A DNA stretch of 64,000 bases. Origin: the human T2T-CHM13v2.0 reference genome, Homo sapiens. Each line of letters begins with the position of its first letter. Positions within the stretch are counted from its first letter, which is position 1. Shown one piece after another: positions 39,730-53,849 of the stretch. The notes below the pieces were generated by a model. That model was not told where the DNA came from and made no database searches. It worked only from the letters and a program-made list of their open reading frames with translations. Where the stretch lies: assembly GCF_009914755.1 (NCBI RefSeq), contig NC_060928.1; one strand, written 5' to 3'. A program made the translations under genes and the position numbers.

Positions 39730-41000
39730 CATCTAATCCAATTTTTTATGCTCCAAAACTTACTGAGGACTCACAAAATCTTTTGTTTGTGTGTGCTGTG
39801 TCTATCAATATCTACCATATTGATATTGAAAAGAAATTTTTAAAATATCTAGTAATAAATTAATTAGGGAATAATAATAAATGTACTAGGTACTATGAAT
39901 AATGATCATAGTAAAATCAGTATACTTTTATTAAAAACATCTGCATTTTTCAAAATAAAATATTCAGTGAGAAGGGAGGGACCGTTTTATACATTTGCAA
40001 ATATCTGTGAAGTCATGTAGATTCTAATATTTGTTTCTTCATCCAATATTTTGTTTTAGTTGGAGTATTTGGATAAAATCTGTCCAATTATTAATGTAGT
40101 TTAAAAAGTTAGAATGACCTTTTTAAGTAATTGTGAATATTATTCTTTGGTTTTCACCAAAATTTAACAAGTGATAATTTCTTAAAGATTAGTTGCAATA
40201 TGGGATCAGAAACCCTCTCAGTGAACTTTGGTACTCTTTGGTACTCTTTCACATTACATTGCATTAAACTTTCTTGGCTTGTTTGGAACTTCAAATGAAT
40301 TATTTACCAATGCATATTTTCATAATATCATGCAATATTTTAAAAATATTAGTTCACTAAGTTATGTAAATCTTTCAAATTTTAACACAGTACAAGATAT
40401 GAAAAGTTCACATTTATTAATCTCATTACCTATCTCATTAAAAAAGTTTCAAGTATGTGAAATTGCCAAGCACACAGTAGAAAATACAAGATTTCCAAAA
40501 TTTTAATTGTTGCTCAAGAGCTCACGTTGTATTAATGGTAATGAAGACTGCCATTTGCTTTTCTTGAGGAGTCAGTCTCTCACTTGTTCATGTTCCCAAA
40601 ACTATCTGACAAATATCAAAGTCTAAATAATCATGTTATTTTTCTTTCACTTATCAAGTAAAAGTTACATTCCATAAAAACAATGGCTGGTTCACCCAGC
40701 CACTCAAAATAGTCCACAAATTATTTTCTCTGGGACAATCATCATAATATGTACTCAGCATTAAGTTACTTTAGGCATGCTCCCTATTTCTTCACACAGA
40801 ATATTAAACATGCATAAATCAGTGGTAGATACCTTTAAAAATAACAATTTTAAATTTATCATTTAAGGCATTTATTTGAACTAGAATTGAACTAGAATTT
40901 TTAATTTTATTCTAAGTGTAAGGCAGTGAAGAATGCATTGACTACACGTACAGTTGGTGTCTCCACTTTGATTCATGCTGATGTAACTGCAGTTTTAACT
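39730..41000. mobile_element. Charlie1-family hAT DNA transposon fossil
   Basis: TGAGGACTCACAAAATCTTTTGTTTG, TTCAGTGAGAAG, TTCACCAAAATTTAACAAGTG, TACAAGATTTCCAAAATT match recalled Charlie1. Confidence 0.8.
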
Positions 41001-41004
41001 ATTT

Positions 41005-41690
41005 TGGCTCAATAGTACTCCATTTTGTATAAGCATCACATTTTTTAATCCATTCATCTGCTGATGGACACTTAGATTGCTTCCAAATCTTATCTATTGT
41101 GTACAGTGCTGAAACAACTTGGGATTGCAGATATTATTTGATACAGTGTTTTTCTTTCTTTGGGACATATACCTAGCAGAGGAATTGTTGGATCATACAG
41201 TAGCTTTATTTTTAGTATTTGAGGAACTTCTACATAGTTTTCCATAGTGGTTATAATAAGTTACATTCCTACCAACAGTGTACAAGGGTTTCCTTTGCTT
41301 TACATTCTTGCCAGCATTTGTTATTGCCTGTCTTTTGGATAAAAGTCATTTTAACTGGGGTGAGGTGATGCCTCATTGTAGCTTTAGTTGGATTTTTCTG
41401 ACAATCAGTGATGTTGAATACTTTTTCAGATATTTCTTTGCCATTTGTACGGTTTTATTTATTTTGAGAAAAGTCTATTCAAAAACTTTTGCCTATTTTA
41501 AAAATTGAATTATTAGATTTTTATCTATAGAGTTTTTTGAGCTCCTTATACAATCTGGTTATTAATCCGTTGTCAGTGAGTAGGTTGCAAAGATTTTCTG
41601 CTGTTCTGTGGTTTGTCTCTTCACTTTGTTGATTGTTTCGTTTGCTTTGTAGAAAGTTTGTAACTTGATGTAATACCATTTGTCCATTTT
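41005..41690 (-). mobile_element. L1MA-type fragment (ORF2 end/3' UTR)
   Basis: TCCATTCATCTGCTGATGGACACTTAG, TTACATTCCTACCAACAGTGTACAAGG. Confidence 0.88.
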
Positions 41691-42214
41691 CTGGGGGGTT
41701 GGAACAGCTAAAATATTAAGATAAACTTCTTGGTTCTAAGAGCTCTTATCTCTAATTAATTATGTAATATATCATCACTATTTTTTGAAGTAAGAAATAT
41801 TACTCTATAATTAAAATTATTCAATTACTAGAATGACTCAGCTAAAATGATATGATGAAGAACTGTAGCTGGCTTCCAATTACAATGGACTATGGACTAA
41901 AAAAGACACATAAAGCCTATATCTGTAAACAAACAAAAAAAACAACCAAAGGACTAGACAAAACTATTTTCTGATGTTACCCAAATGCCAGATTAAGACT
42001 CTGGTCCCGGAGAGAAAGGAAACAAGCAAATTGATCTCTACCATCGCCTCAGTTTTCTTCCAGGAAACATATTCCAGAACACTCATCAAGAAAGGAGATT
42101 CTCAAGAGAATGTTAGTTACTCTGACTTACAGACAAAATGATGCACTTTAGTTATAGAAGTTGCTCCAGAGAGAAGGAGGGAAGCTATATAGGAAAAGAG
42201 TTTTAAAAATAATA

Positions 42215-42690
<476 letters not shown>

Positions 42691-43700
42691 AATAAACCAT
42701 GTGCTTATAGCCAATTGCTTTACAACCAAAGTGCCCACATGCAATCAATAATAATGATAATAGCAATAAAATTCTCCACACCATATACAAAAATTAAATA
42801 AAAACAAATCACAAGACTTAAATGAAAAACCTAAAACCATTTACATAAAAGAATTAGGAGAAGGGCCTCATGATCTTGGGTTAGATAAGGATTTCTTAGA
42901 TTCTTCCTAAAAATTATAATCAACAATTTTAATAGACATTTTACTACAGAAGATATATAAAAGATTAGGACACACATTTAAAGATGTTCAATGTCATTAA
43001 TCATTAGAGAAATGCACATGAAAAGCATAATAAGATACCATTACACACCCACTAGAATGGTTATGGAAGAAGGAGACAGAAAATACCAAGTGTTGGGGGA
43101 AATGTACACAAATGGGAGCCCTCATGCATTGCTAGTGGGAATACAAAATGGTAAAGTTACTTTGGAAAACAGTTGGGCACTTGAAAATTTTGACATAAAC
43201 TTATCATACAGCACAACAATTCCACTCAGAAATCTACCAAAATAAGTGAACACACAAGTCCATTCAAAGACACATATGTGAACATTCACAGCAGCATGGT
43301 TCATAATAGCCAATACCTAAAAAGAATACAAATGTCCATTAACTGGTGAATGATTAAAAATATGCAGTATAGGAACAAATTGTAATAGTATGCAATAAAA
43401 CTTAACAAACTACTGATACATGCTGCATCGTGTATAAATCTAAAAACATTGTCTAGTGAAAGAAGTCACATATCGCATGATTCTATGTATATGAAATGTC
43501 CAGAGAAGGCACATTTATTGAGACAGAAAGCAGATCAATGCTTAGGGTGAGAAGGGGGATTGACTGCAAAGGAACAAGTTGGAAATTTTTGGAGTGACAT
43601 GAATGTTCTAAAACTGAATTGTGCAGATTTGCACAATTGTATACATTTAGTAAAATTCACTTAATTGTACATTTACAATGGGTAATTTTGGTACCAATGC
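42691..43700 (+). mobile_element. L1MB/ME-type ORF2 end and 3' UTR
   Basis: ORF 42991-43245 SLIIREMHMKSIIRYHYTPTRM (L1 ORF2p C-terminus); CACACCATATACAAAAATTAA. Confidence 0.88.
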
Positions 43701-44509
43701 TGTCCCTCAAAATCTGTAAATAAGACTGGCATTTCTCAAGATGAAAATATCTTGACACTAAAACTTTTCAGAATCTGTATGACTCAGTAGAGTCACATTC
43801 AAATAGGTGTTTTATAACATTTCCCAATATTTACATAATTAACAATCTTTCCCAAACTTGCTGGGATATTTCCCAATTAAAAAAATGGAAATAATTAAAT
43901 GTAAGTGAGAGCAGTGTTTTGGCCAAGGTTGTATGTGTTACGTAGGACCTAAACCTGACATCAAGTTAACTGGCTTAGTTACTTTAAATTTTACTTAAGC
44001 TAACAACTTTCTCAAAAGCAATAAAGAAAGTAATATTTCAGTACAATTCCTCTTCTCTACTTTTTAATTTTCTTTGCTATTCTGTTTCTGTGCCAACCTT
44101 TGTTTTCAATACAGTTAAAGTGACATTATTTCTAATCTTTCAGCGGGACTTTATAGGTCTATATTAAGAACACATGTCCCTCCTTCATTTCATTTCCTCC
44201 TATGCTCTCTTTTACGGTGTTTGTTAATAAATTTTGTCTTTACAAAAATCATACAATTTTTAAAACCTGAGTAAAAGATTAAAAGGGGAAAAAAAATCAC
44301 CCTTGATTTAATCACTCACTAAGCTTTCTCACATGAAATTTAAGCACCACTGATACTGACAGTTTCCTGGTTTTGCCAGAAGATTCTAAGGGAGATTTTT
44401 TCACACGTCTATGTCATGACTTCAACCAGCTGGCGGTGATTGTAAAATTCAACTGACTGTAAAATGCATCTAGATTTCTCAGAAGTGAACAGGTTGAAAA
44501 CATGCATAT

Positions 44510-44630
44510 TGATAGTGTTTGGCTGTGTCCCCACCCAAATCTTATCTTGAATTTAACTCCCACGTGTCATGGGAGGAACTTGGTGAGAGGTGATTGAATT
44601 ATGGGGGCAGGTCTTTCTTGAGCTGTTTGT
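44510..44630 (+). mobile_element. THE1 LTR, 5' ~120 bp only
   Basis: TGATAGTGTTTGGCTGTGTCCCCACCCAAATCTTATCTTGAAT, then abrupt end. Confidence 0.85.
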
Positions 44631-44735
44631 GTAACTACATATTTGAAATATGTGTTAATTTTCATGTTTCGATTTTTATACATGCTTGAAATTACTAAAA
44701 ATCATATATATATATATGTTTTTTATAAGAAATTT

Positions 44736-45121
44736 AAAGTGTTCTACTACCAGTAAAAAGCCAGGCTTTGGATTCTCTATATGCCTTAGATTTCATGGAA
44801 TTATATTGGTGTTTATGACTAATTTCACAGTTGACAGAAACCATTAGCTACAATATCACTTTTGTCATTTGTTGTGTTTCCACAAACCTCTGGGTTTTTA
44901 AATTTAATGACTTTCTCTCAACATAAAAAATAAAATCCCTCTGCTAAGCTGTTCCTGACACAAAGCATCTCACCAAAATAAATGATATGACTCCCTAACC
45001 TTTCATAAATTTTTACAATGGGTGTCCAAAGTTCTGAAGTTGGGACAAACTTCAGAAATTTCCATTGTGAAATGAAATTTGCACATTCAATCAGAGGCAA
45101 AAGCTTGCCTCTAAATCTAAT
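44736..45121 (+). repeat. Copy 2 of ~390-bp local direct duplication
   Basis: Colinear with 35283-35673. Confidence 0.95.
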
Positions 45122-45127
45122 TCAGTT

Positions 45128-45340
45128 GGCAAATCACTTGAGCCCAGGAATTCGAGACAAGCCTGAATAACATGGTAAAATGCGATCACTACAAAAACAC
45201 TAAAAGCAGCCAGTCATCATGGTGGCACCTGTGGTCCCAGCTACTCAGGAGGCTGCGGTGGGAGGAGTTTAGCATCATTGTAGTCCAGTGTGGGTGACAG
45301 AGTGAGACTTTGTTTCAATAAATAAATAAATAAAAATAAA
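45128..45340 (+). mobile_element. AluJ remnant, 5' truncated with internal deletion
   Basis: ATCACTTGAGCCCAGGAATTCGAGAC...GTCCCAGCTACTCAGGAGG...GACAGAGTGAGAC (AAAT)n. Confidence 0.88.
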
Positions 45341-45945
45341 GTATTTGCCAAAAGACCTTCTGCTCATTCTTTTTGGGGAAAAAAAAAAAACATGAGTAGA
45401 TTTATCATTTATTCAGTGTTAGTAATTACAAATTATTTCTGTCCCTATAACATTTATAAAATAAGAGAAAACTCCATTTATCACTAGGACAATTAGATAG
45501 ATATTCACAGTTTATAAATTTTGGTTTCAAATTGCAAACATTTATTCTTCACAAATAGCATTTTTTAAAATGTAAAACTGGCAATATATTATGAATTAGT
45601 TTTTAAAAAAAGCGGACTCTCTTCTGAGATGGCTTCCATTGGAGCTACTGTTAAGGCATGCATTGGTGGATGGAAATATTTGACACTCTTAAACCTCTGA
45701 ATCCTGAGTTAAATAAATCTCATAAGAAATCATAATATTATTTATGCATCATGCTTTTATTAATTTATTTACACTATAATATGCTCCAGAAGATTTAAGG
45801 AGAAAAAAGATTAAAAGATGTGTAAATAATACACACCTAATTTATAGTCTTGGCAATAGCTTGGCTGAAAAAAAGTATAGAATATATGACATAAGATTAT
45901 TTTTGGAATTGAATACTTGAAAATATTAATCACTGTTGCTGCCTC

Positions 45946-45970
45946 TGTGTGTGTGTGTGTGTGTGTGTGT
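45946..45970. repeat. (TG)n microsatellite
   Basis: About 12 TG units. Confidence 0.9.
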
Positions 45971-46496
45971 ATCTGTGTGGTGTGTACATACCTGTCTACG
46001 CAACTGCAGCTACACTTCAATCAGGGATTGACAATACTTTCTTGACTACAGTCTGGTAATGTTTGACTCATATGGGCGTTTATCTCTCGAGGCCTTTACG
46101 CACTCCTCCTTGAAATACCTTAGATAATAAAAATGATTACATATTAAATAAATATTTGTGGTATTCAATTGAATTCAATTTGAATCTAGGAATAAAAGGA
46201 AAAAACTGTCATAATTTAGTACATTTAGTTTCAGGCAAAAAATGCAGCAAGCTAACATTTCACGCATTTGTCTTTGTAGAATTAAAAAATACAAATAAGT
46301 GATTCTGATTTCTCAAATGATCACTTCTAAGTCCTTGGTACTTAAAGTAATAATAAAACTTTAAAATACCTTATCAGTAATGTTTCCATAATCTTAAATT
46401 TTATTGAGAGTCTTGTGGTTGAAGAAGAAATTTCTCAAGCTGTTATTTTAAATTTATAAATCTTATTTAGCCACATGCTATGATAAATTTTTATCC

Positions 46497-46659
46497 TTTT
46501 TTTTTTTTTTTTGGTGGCAGTCTTGCTCAGTCACCAAGGCTGGAGTGCAGTGGTACAATCATAGCTCACTGTAAACTTGAACTTCTGGCCTCAAGAAATA
46601 TACCTGTCTTAGCATCACAAAGTGCTGGGATTATAGGTGTGAGCCACTGTACCCAGCCA
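46497..46659 (-). mobile_element. Monomeric Alu (FRAM/FAM-like or arm-deleted AluJ)
   Basis: T-tail, GGCTGGAGTGCAGTGG, AAAGTGCTGGGATTATAGGTGTGAGCCAC in ~160 bp. Confidence 0.85.
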
Positions 46660-46851
46660 GATTCATTGTAAACAAGAAATATATTGTGAAGGACAGAACG
46701 AAGTATTTTGATGTATTTTATTAGATATGCCTCATAGAATTATACTTATTAATATTAATATTTATTTTATTAAATTGTAAGAAAATTTGCACATGATTAA
46801 ATTACATAAATTTAATTGTACAGAAATGACTAGAAAGAATACAGAAGCCTA

Positions 46852-47156
46852 TTTTTTTTTTTTTTTTTTCAGAGACAGGGTCTCAATATGTCACCCAGGC
46901 TGGAGTGCAGTGGTGCCATCATGACTTGCTGCAGGCTCAGCTTCCTGAGTTCAAGCAATGCACCTGTCTCAGCCTCCAGAGTAGCTGGGAATACAGGCAC
47001 TTGCTACCATGCCCAGCTAATTTTTTGTATTTTTAGTAGAGACAGGTTTTCACTATTTTGTCCAGTCTGGTCTTGAACAGGATCCTGCGTTCAAGTGATC
47101 GCCCCCTCAGCCTCCCAAAGTGCTGGGATTACAGGAATAAGCTGCCATGCCCAGCC
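46852..47156 (-). mobile_element. AluJ
   Basis: GAGACAGGGTCTC...CCTCCCAAAGTGCTGGGATTACAGG...GCCCAGCC. Confidence 0.93.
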
Positions 47157-48659
47157 TGAAGGCATTTTCTTTTTTTTAACATTTCAAATAGCCACTTTTT
47201 TCCAAAGACTTCAAATGTTAGTAATGTTAAATGGCAGTTTTATGCATGCACTGGGAGAATAGTAAAGCTGCCATGTGTAATTGATTCAAGATTCTGGCTG
47301 ATTATACTTTGCTACTTTTAATCAGATACCTAATGAGTGTGATTACTGGAAAATATTCTCTATAGAATGTTTGAAAAATTCTTCATTGCAATGAGTCTGT
47401 TATTTATGGTATATAACTTCATGACGGGAAAAAGTGTAATAAACCAATGTTTTCATTAACAGTGCACTAACATAAAAATCCTTCACATTACATAGCTTAT
47501 CTAATTTTTATCAATTTGATCTAAAAAAATACTTTTCCTAAAATTCATCATTTGTGCAGTAAACATAGCAGACATGTATGTAGTTTGCTTGGATGGAATT
47601 AGCTTCAGATGTCTCTGAATGCTGGCAAGAAGCTAGCAGCTACAGGGAGCACTCTCTATATCTACAGTTCCAAGACATTCTTTGTGGGCACAAGAAGCTG
47701 CTACTGCCCTCACTCTGTGCAGATAAGAGATGGGAAAGAGTTTCTGTCCTGTTACTCTGAATGACATTTTTATTAGTACCCTCTGGTGACTAACACAAGA
47801 CCAAACTCCACACTCTTCATCTATAGACTCTGACTTTCAAGTTTCTTCAGAAAAATGCACTACAAAAACTTGTGTTCGTCAAGCCAAGTTTGTTGGAGTT
47901 CTACTTAGAGAAATTATAAAAAATTGAGTGCACTGTTTCTTGTTACCTAGGACTATAAATTACTTATTTTCAATTTAAAATTCTGTGTGTGTCTGTGTGC
48001 TATAAAATTTGGCAGGAAATGTGGGCTGAGCCTACCCTCTTTATTCATTTTCTCACTGCCCCTGCCATTGATAGATATGTGGATGATAATCACAGCTACT
48101 TCCAGGATGATAGTTGCCAGCAATATTTATCAACAGCTACTAGCATATCATCAACAGAAGGAATTTCCTCAAGTGACCAATCAGTTGATGATGACACTCC
48201 AATTATTTCTCTAGTATATAATCAAATTTTACTATTAATAAAATAAATTGCTTAAAATTTCTCCACAAATACTGAATATCAACTTCTGGGCCTCAATAAC
48301 AAAAAGATCTACTATTGAGTTTCAGACAAGTATTACTAAGAAATCCTTAGATGAGAGTGATAGTTGGTACCAGAAAAGGAAAGAAGAGCCTCCTACAGTA
48401 AGTAGGGCTTGAGTTTGATAAATCTGCAGCAGTTGGTGCTGTGATATTTTTAAGACTAAATAAGAGAGGTACTTTCATAAACTGTGCCTTTATCAGTAAG
48501 ATCTAATCTTGACTACAATATATTACCCCCCATTAAAAAGATTTAAAGGTTAAATACAAAATGTTTTATCACACCCATCTTTACTTTTGAAGCAACTGCT
48601 GTATAAAAAAGCCATGTAATTTGCTAAGTGTGATACAGCTACCCTCAAGCGTCCAGCCA

Positions 48660-48880
48660 TCCGCCAGAGCAGGATAGGATTTAAGAAAATAGACTCTGGA
48701 GTCAGCCCTCTGAGTTTGCATTTCTGTTCATCCTTTTTTAATTGTGCATACCTGGACAAGTTATTTAAACTCCTCATGCTTCATTTTTCCCAACAAAGGA
48801 AAAAGGGCGTTAAAGTACCTAATCCCTGGCATTGTTACAAGTATTAAATATTTTAAACTAATACATGTAAAACAGTGCGA
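48660..48880 (+). mobile_element. MIR
   Basis: AGACTCTGGAGTCAG, GGACAAGTTATTTAAAC core. Confidence 0.75.
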
Positions 48881-48950
48881 TATGTGTGGTTTTTATTATA
48901 ATTAGTCTAATGGTAGGTATAACTTGGGCCTAGATGCATACTTACTAGCT

Positions 48951-49346
<396 letters not shown>

Positions 49347-49657
49347 TGAAGTGAAGTACATATCTGATAGGCCACTTCTCTGCTCTCTTACCTGAAAATG
49401 AGTCTGCATATCCTCTCTCCTCTTCCATTCCCCTAGAATGTGTGAAGTAGTTCTTTTCATTGTTTTTTAACCTTCCTCTCTTCTTTCCTTCTGGCCTAGA
49501 AACGTTTTACTTGTTTCTAATCTTATATGCTGTCCCCTCCAGCCTGCCTTCTGTTATCCATCTAATTCCGGTAGGTTTACTTTCGAGAGGTCTTCTTACC
49601 TTCTGCACTCTCATCAAGCTGCATGATATCAACATTTCTAGTGTACTTGGGCTGAAG

Positions 49658-49662
<5 letters not shown>

Positions 49663-49695
<33 letters not shown>

Positions 49696-49711
49696 TGTGC
49701 GTGCGTGTGTG
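49663..49711. repeat. (TC)n followed by short (TG)-like repeat
   Basis: About 14 TC units. Confidence 0.9.
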
Positions 49712-49859
49712 TTTTATGCCATTATCTTGTAAGGACTTAGTATAGCCTGGGCTTTTGTTTTGATTGTCGTTTTTCTGGATTTGTTTGTTTCACTTGCTAA
49801 AAACATACAGTCTCAAGGAGAATACAGCAATTTGTTCTACAGGAAGCCACCACACAAGT

Positions 49860-50040
49860 ACAGTATAATTTTAGCTTATGATGTGGTGAAATTGATGATG
49901 TGTTTGGAATCAAAACACCCTAGCCCCACCATTTATTAACTAATAGTATAACTTTGTAAAAAGCTTTTTACTTAAGCCTTTTGAGTCCTCTACTTAAAAA
50001 TATTAATAGCCATTATATAGGGTAAATAATATAATTAAAT
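49860..50040 (+). mobile_element. MIR fragment
   Basis: TTTGGAATCAAA, CCACCATTTATTAACT, CTTAAGCCTTTTGAGTCCTC. Confidence 0.5.
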
Positions 50041-50780
50041 AAATTATAAAGAACTCTTCAAAATTTTTGAATAAAATTTAATCGAATCTGAAAAACACAT
50101 TTGCAATGGATAATCACCAGTGAAAATTATTAGTGGATAAAATATTTATAAGGCACTTATTTTACTAACATTTTAGATCATCTTATTAAATTTATATAAT
50201 TGCTTTATGTTTCCATTTAGTTAATTGACCTGTATTATTCAATAATTTGAATTGTAGGAGTTAGACAGTAGTTTTCACAACTACATTTTAATATTACTCA
50301 CAAATTTCATAAGTATAATTTGGACAAATACAAAGCAATGTTTGTGAATCACAATAATAAAATAAAACATGACATATCTAATACATTACAAAATAATTTT
50401 AGCACCATTTAGTATAAGACTAAAATTCTGATGTTGATAATTTGGAAAGCAAACTCTTGTTCATATAAGACCAATCATTTGTTTGCAATTACCTAATAAA
50501 ATATCTGATGACTAAAGTATCATATGAAATAATAAATATGTAATATCTTCACATAATAAATCTAATAGATGTGTATTATATTGTAACAACAAATGTTGCA
50601 AATTCTCCAGTGGCTAAACATCAAGTTATAACTCATGATATATTTATGTTTCCTAGGTTCACCTATAATTAATATTTTTTAACTATATTATTAATTGGAA
50701 AAAATAAACAATAAGATATATCTTGAGCTTACTTTTTAAACTGTGCTTGATTCCAGTGCTCCCCCTTCTACCCAATATGT

Positions 50781-50956
50781 GGAGAAGAAGAAGAGGAAGA
50801 AAAGGAAGAAGAAGGATGAAGAAGAAGGAGGAAGAAGAAGGAGGAAGAACAAGAAAAGAAGAAGAGGAAGAGGAAGAGAAAGAAGAAGAAGAAGAAGAAG
50901 AAGAAGAAGAAGAAGAAGAAGAAGAAGAAGAAGAAGAAGAAGAAGAAGAAGAAGAG
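50781..50956. repeat. Polypurine tract with pure (GAA)24
   Basis: Uninterrupted GAA at 50882-50953 preceded by ~100 bp of degenerate GAA/GAG. Confidence 0.98.
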
Positions 50957-51107
50957 CCAAATAGCTTCATCCCATACTGCTCACCTTTTCTAGATTTTTG
51001 GTTTTGCTTCATTACCAACATCCAAAAAAAGTGAATTGAATAAGGTAGCTTCTGTTGACACTGGCTTAGGAAGCAATTGAGCTGTCCATTTTTCAAAGAT
51101 CACAGAG

Positions 51108-53427
51108 TGTATTAGTTTGTTATCATGTGGCTATGAAGAAATACCTGAGACTGGGTAATTTATAAAGGAAACAGGTTTTATTGACTCACAGTTCTGCACG
51201 GTTTAATTGACCCACAGTCCTGCATGGTTTGGGAGGCCTCAGGAAACTGAAAATTGTGGTGGAAAGCACCTCTTCACAGGGCGGCAGGAGAGAGAATGAG
51301 TGCCAGCAGGAGAAATGCCAGACACTTATAAAACCATTAGATCTTGAGAGAACTGACTCACTATTACAAGAACAGCATGAGGGGCACTGTCCCCATGGTT
51401 CAATTACCTCCCACTGGATCCCTCCCATAACACATGGGGATAATTCAAGATGAGATTTGCTTGGGGACACAGCCAAACCATATCATTCTCTCCATGGCCC
51501 CTCCCAAATCTCATCTCCTCACATGTTCAAAACACAATACCTTCCCAACAGTCCTCCAAAGTCTTAACTCATTCCAGCATTAACCCAAAAGTCCAAGTCC
51601 AAAGCCTCATCTGAGACAAGGCAAATTCCTTCAGCCTATCAGCCTGTAAAATCGAAAGCAAGTTAGTTACTTCCTAGATAAACTGGGGATGCAAGCATTG
51701 GGTCAATACACCCATTCCAAATAGAAGAAATTGGCCAAAAAAGGGGGCTACAGGCCCCATGCAAGTCCAAAATCCAATAGAGCAGTCATTAAACCTTCAA
51801 ACTTGAAATGATCTCCTTTGACTCCATTTCTCACATTCAGGTCATGCTGATGCAAGAAGTGACTCCCACAGTCTTGGGCTGCTCTGCCCTGTGGCTTTGT
51901 AGGAAGGGTACAGCCCCCTCCCAGCTGTTTTCACTGGCTGGCATTGAGTGCTTGCAGCTTTTCCAGGGCACAGTGCAAGCTGCCAGTGGATCTACCATTC
52001 TGGGGTCTGGAGGATGGTGGCCCTCTTCTTACAGTTCCACTAGGAAGTGCTCCAGTGGGGACTCTGTGTGGGGGCTCCAAACCCAGATTTCTCTTCTTTA
52101 CTGCCATAGCAGAGGTTCTTCATGAAGGCTCTGCCCCTGCAGCAAATTTCTGCCTGGACATCCAGGCATTTCTACACATCCTCTGAAATCAAGTTGGAGG
52201 TTCCCAAACCTCAATTCTTGACTTCTGTTCACTCACAGGACAAATACCATGTGTAAGCCACCAAGGCTTAAGGCTTGCACCCTTTGAAGCAATGACCTAA
52301 GATGTACCTTGGCCCCTTTTAGCCACAAATGGAGCTGAAGCAACTGGAACACCATGTTGTTCCACAAATGGAGCTGAAGCCCCAGAGCACCATGTTCTGG
52401 GGCCAAACAGAGCAGGGGGGCCCAGAGTCTGCCCACAAAACCATTTTTCCCTCCTAGGCTTTCAGGTCTGTGATAGCAGGGGCTGCCATGAAGGTCTCTG
52501 ACATGCCCTGGAGATATTTTCCCCATTGTCTTGGTGAGTAACTTCTTAATCCTTAGTTATGCAAATTCTGCAGCAGTCTTGAATTTCTCCCCAGAAAAAG
52601 GTTTTTTTGTTTTTTTTTTTTCCTATAGCATCAGCTGGTCACAAATTTTCCAAACGTTTATGCTCTGCTTCCTCTTGAAAGCTTCACAGCTTAGAAATTT
52701 TCTCTGCCAGATACCCTAAATCATCTCTCTCAAATTCAAACTTCCATAGATCTCTAGGGCAAAGGCAAAATGCTGCCAGTCTTTTCACTAAAGCATAACA
52801 AGGATCATCTTTATTCCAGTTCCCAAAAAATTCCTCATCTCCATCTGAGACCACCTCAGCTCGCACTTTATTTTCTATATCACTATCATCATTTTGGTCA
52901 TAGTCATTCAACAAGTTTCTGGGAAGTTCCAAACTTTACCACATCTTCTTGTCTTCTTCTGAACCCTCCAAACTGTTTGAGTCTCTGCCTGTTACCCAGT
53001 TCCAAAGTCACTTCCACATTTTTGGGTATCTTTGTATCAGCACCCCACTTTCTACAGTAACAATTTACTATATTAGTTTGTTCTCATGCTGCCATGAAGA
53101 AATACCTGAGACTGGGTAATTTATAAAACAAGAGGTTTAATTAACTCACAGTTCCACATAGCTGGGAAAGTCTCAGGAAACTTACAATCATGGTGGAAGG
53201 CACCTCTTCACAGAGTGGCAGAATAGAGAATGAGTGCCAGCATGGGAAATGCCAAGACACTAATAAAACCATCAGATCTTGTGAGAACTCACTCACTATC
53301 AGGAGAACAGCATGGGGGAAACCACCCTTAAGATTCAATTACCTCCCATTGGGTCCCTTTCATGACACATGGGGATTATGGGGATTACAATTCAAGATGA
53401 GATTTGGGTGGGGACACAGCCAAACCA
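51108..53427 (-). mobile_element. Two-LTR THE1D-like MaLR element (LTR-int-LTR)
   Basis: LTRs at 51108-51485 and 53069-53427 flank ~1.58 kb MaLR internal sequence; on the minus strand the internal part starts GTAAATTG and ends in purine-rich GGGGCCATGGAGAGAA before TGATATGG; TSD CAGAG/CAGGG. Confidence 0.93.
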
Positions 53428-53849
53428 CAGGGGAAGGGTGAAATGTAAATATTTGGTAATTTAGTGTTGATACTTTTTTCCAAACACTATCATTTTCAAA
53501 AGAAGATTTGGATAATTTTTTTTTTGCTCTGTGCAGAATATTTGTATTATGGAAAGCACTTCTTCATTACCAATTATGAATGTTTGCAACATTATTTTGT
53601 TCTCTTGCTATAAATACCTGTGGGTTTCACTCACAATTTATATGGATCACCATTTAACCTATATGTCCGATAATTAGGTTTTCCCCAAAATAAAATGTGA
53701 AACCCTTAGACAATTAGCTCCATCAATGACATATGAGGTGGGTCTATTAGACACCTCATACACATCATCTGAGCCATTGGATACTCCCTTCACTGTAGCC
53801 ACCACAGCAGCAGCCCTGTGTGGACTGACAGGTTTCATTGACAATAGCT

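Noticed and set aside
47987-48246. Two overlapping short ORFs in apparently unique sequence
   Set aside because: Non-ATG starts and no recognisable domain
50781-50956. Identity with the FGF14 or FXN disease GAA loci
   Set aside because: Not inside an Alu as in FXN, and the flanks do not match FGF14 as I recall it; the locus cannot be named without mapping
50683-51096. ORFs with poly-Glu, poly-Ser, poly-Arg and poly-Leu
   Set aside because: Translations of the GAA repeat in different frames; no gene context
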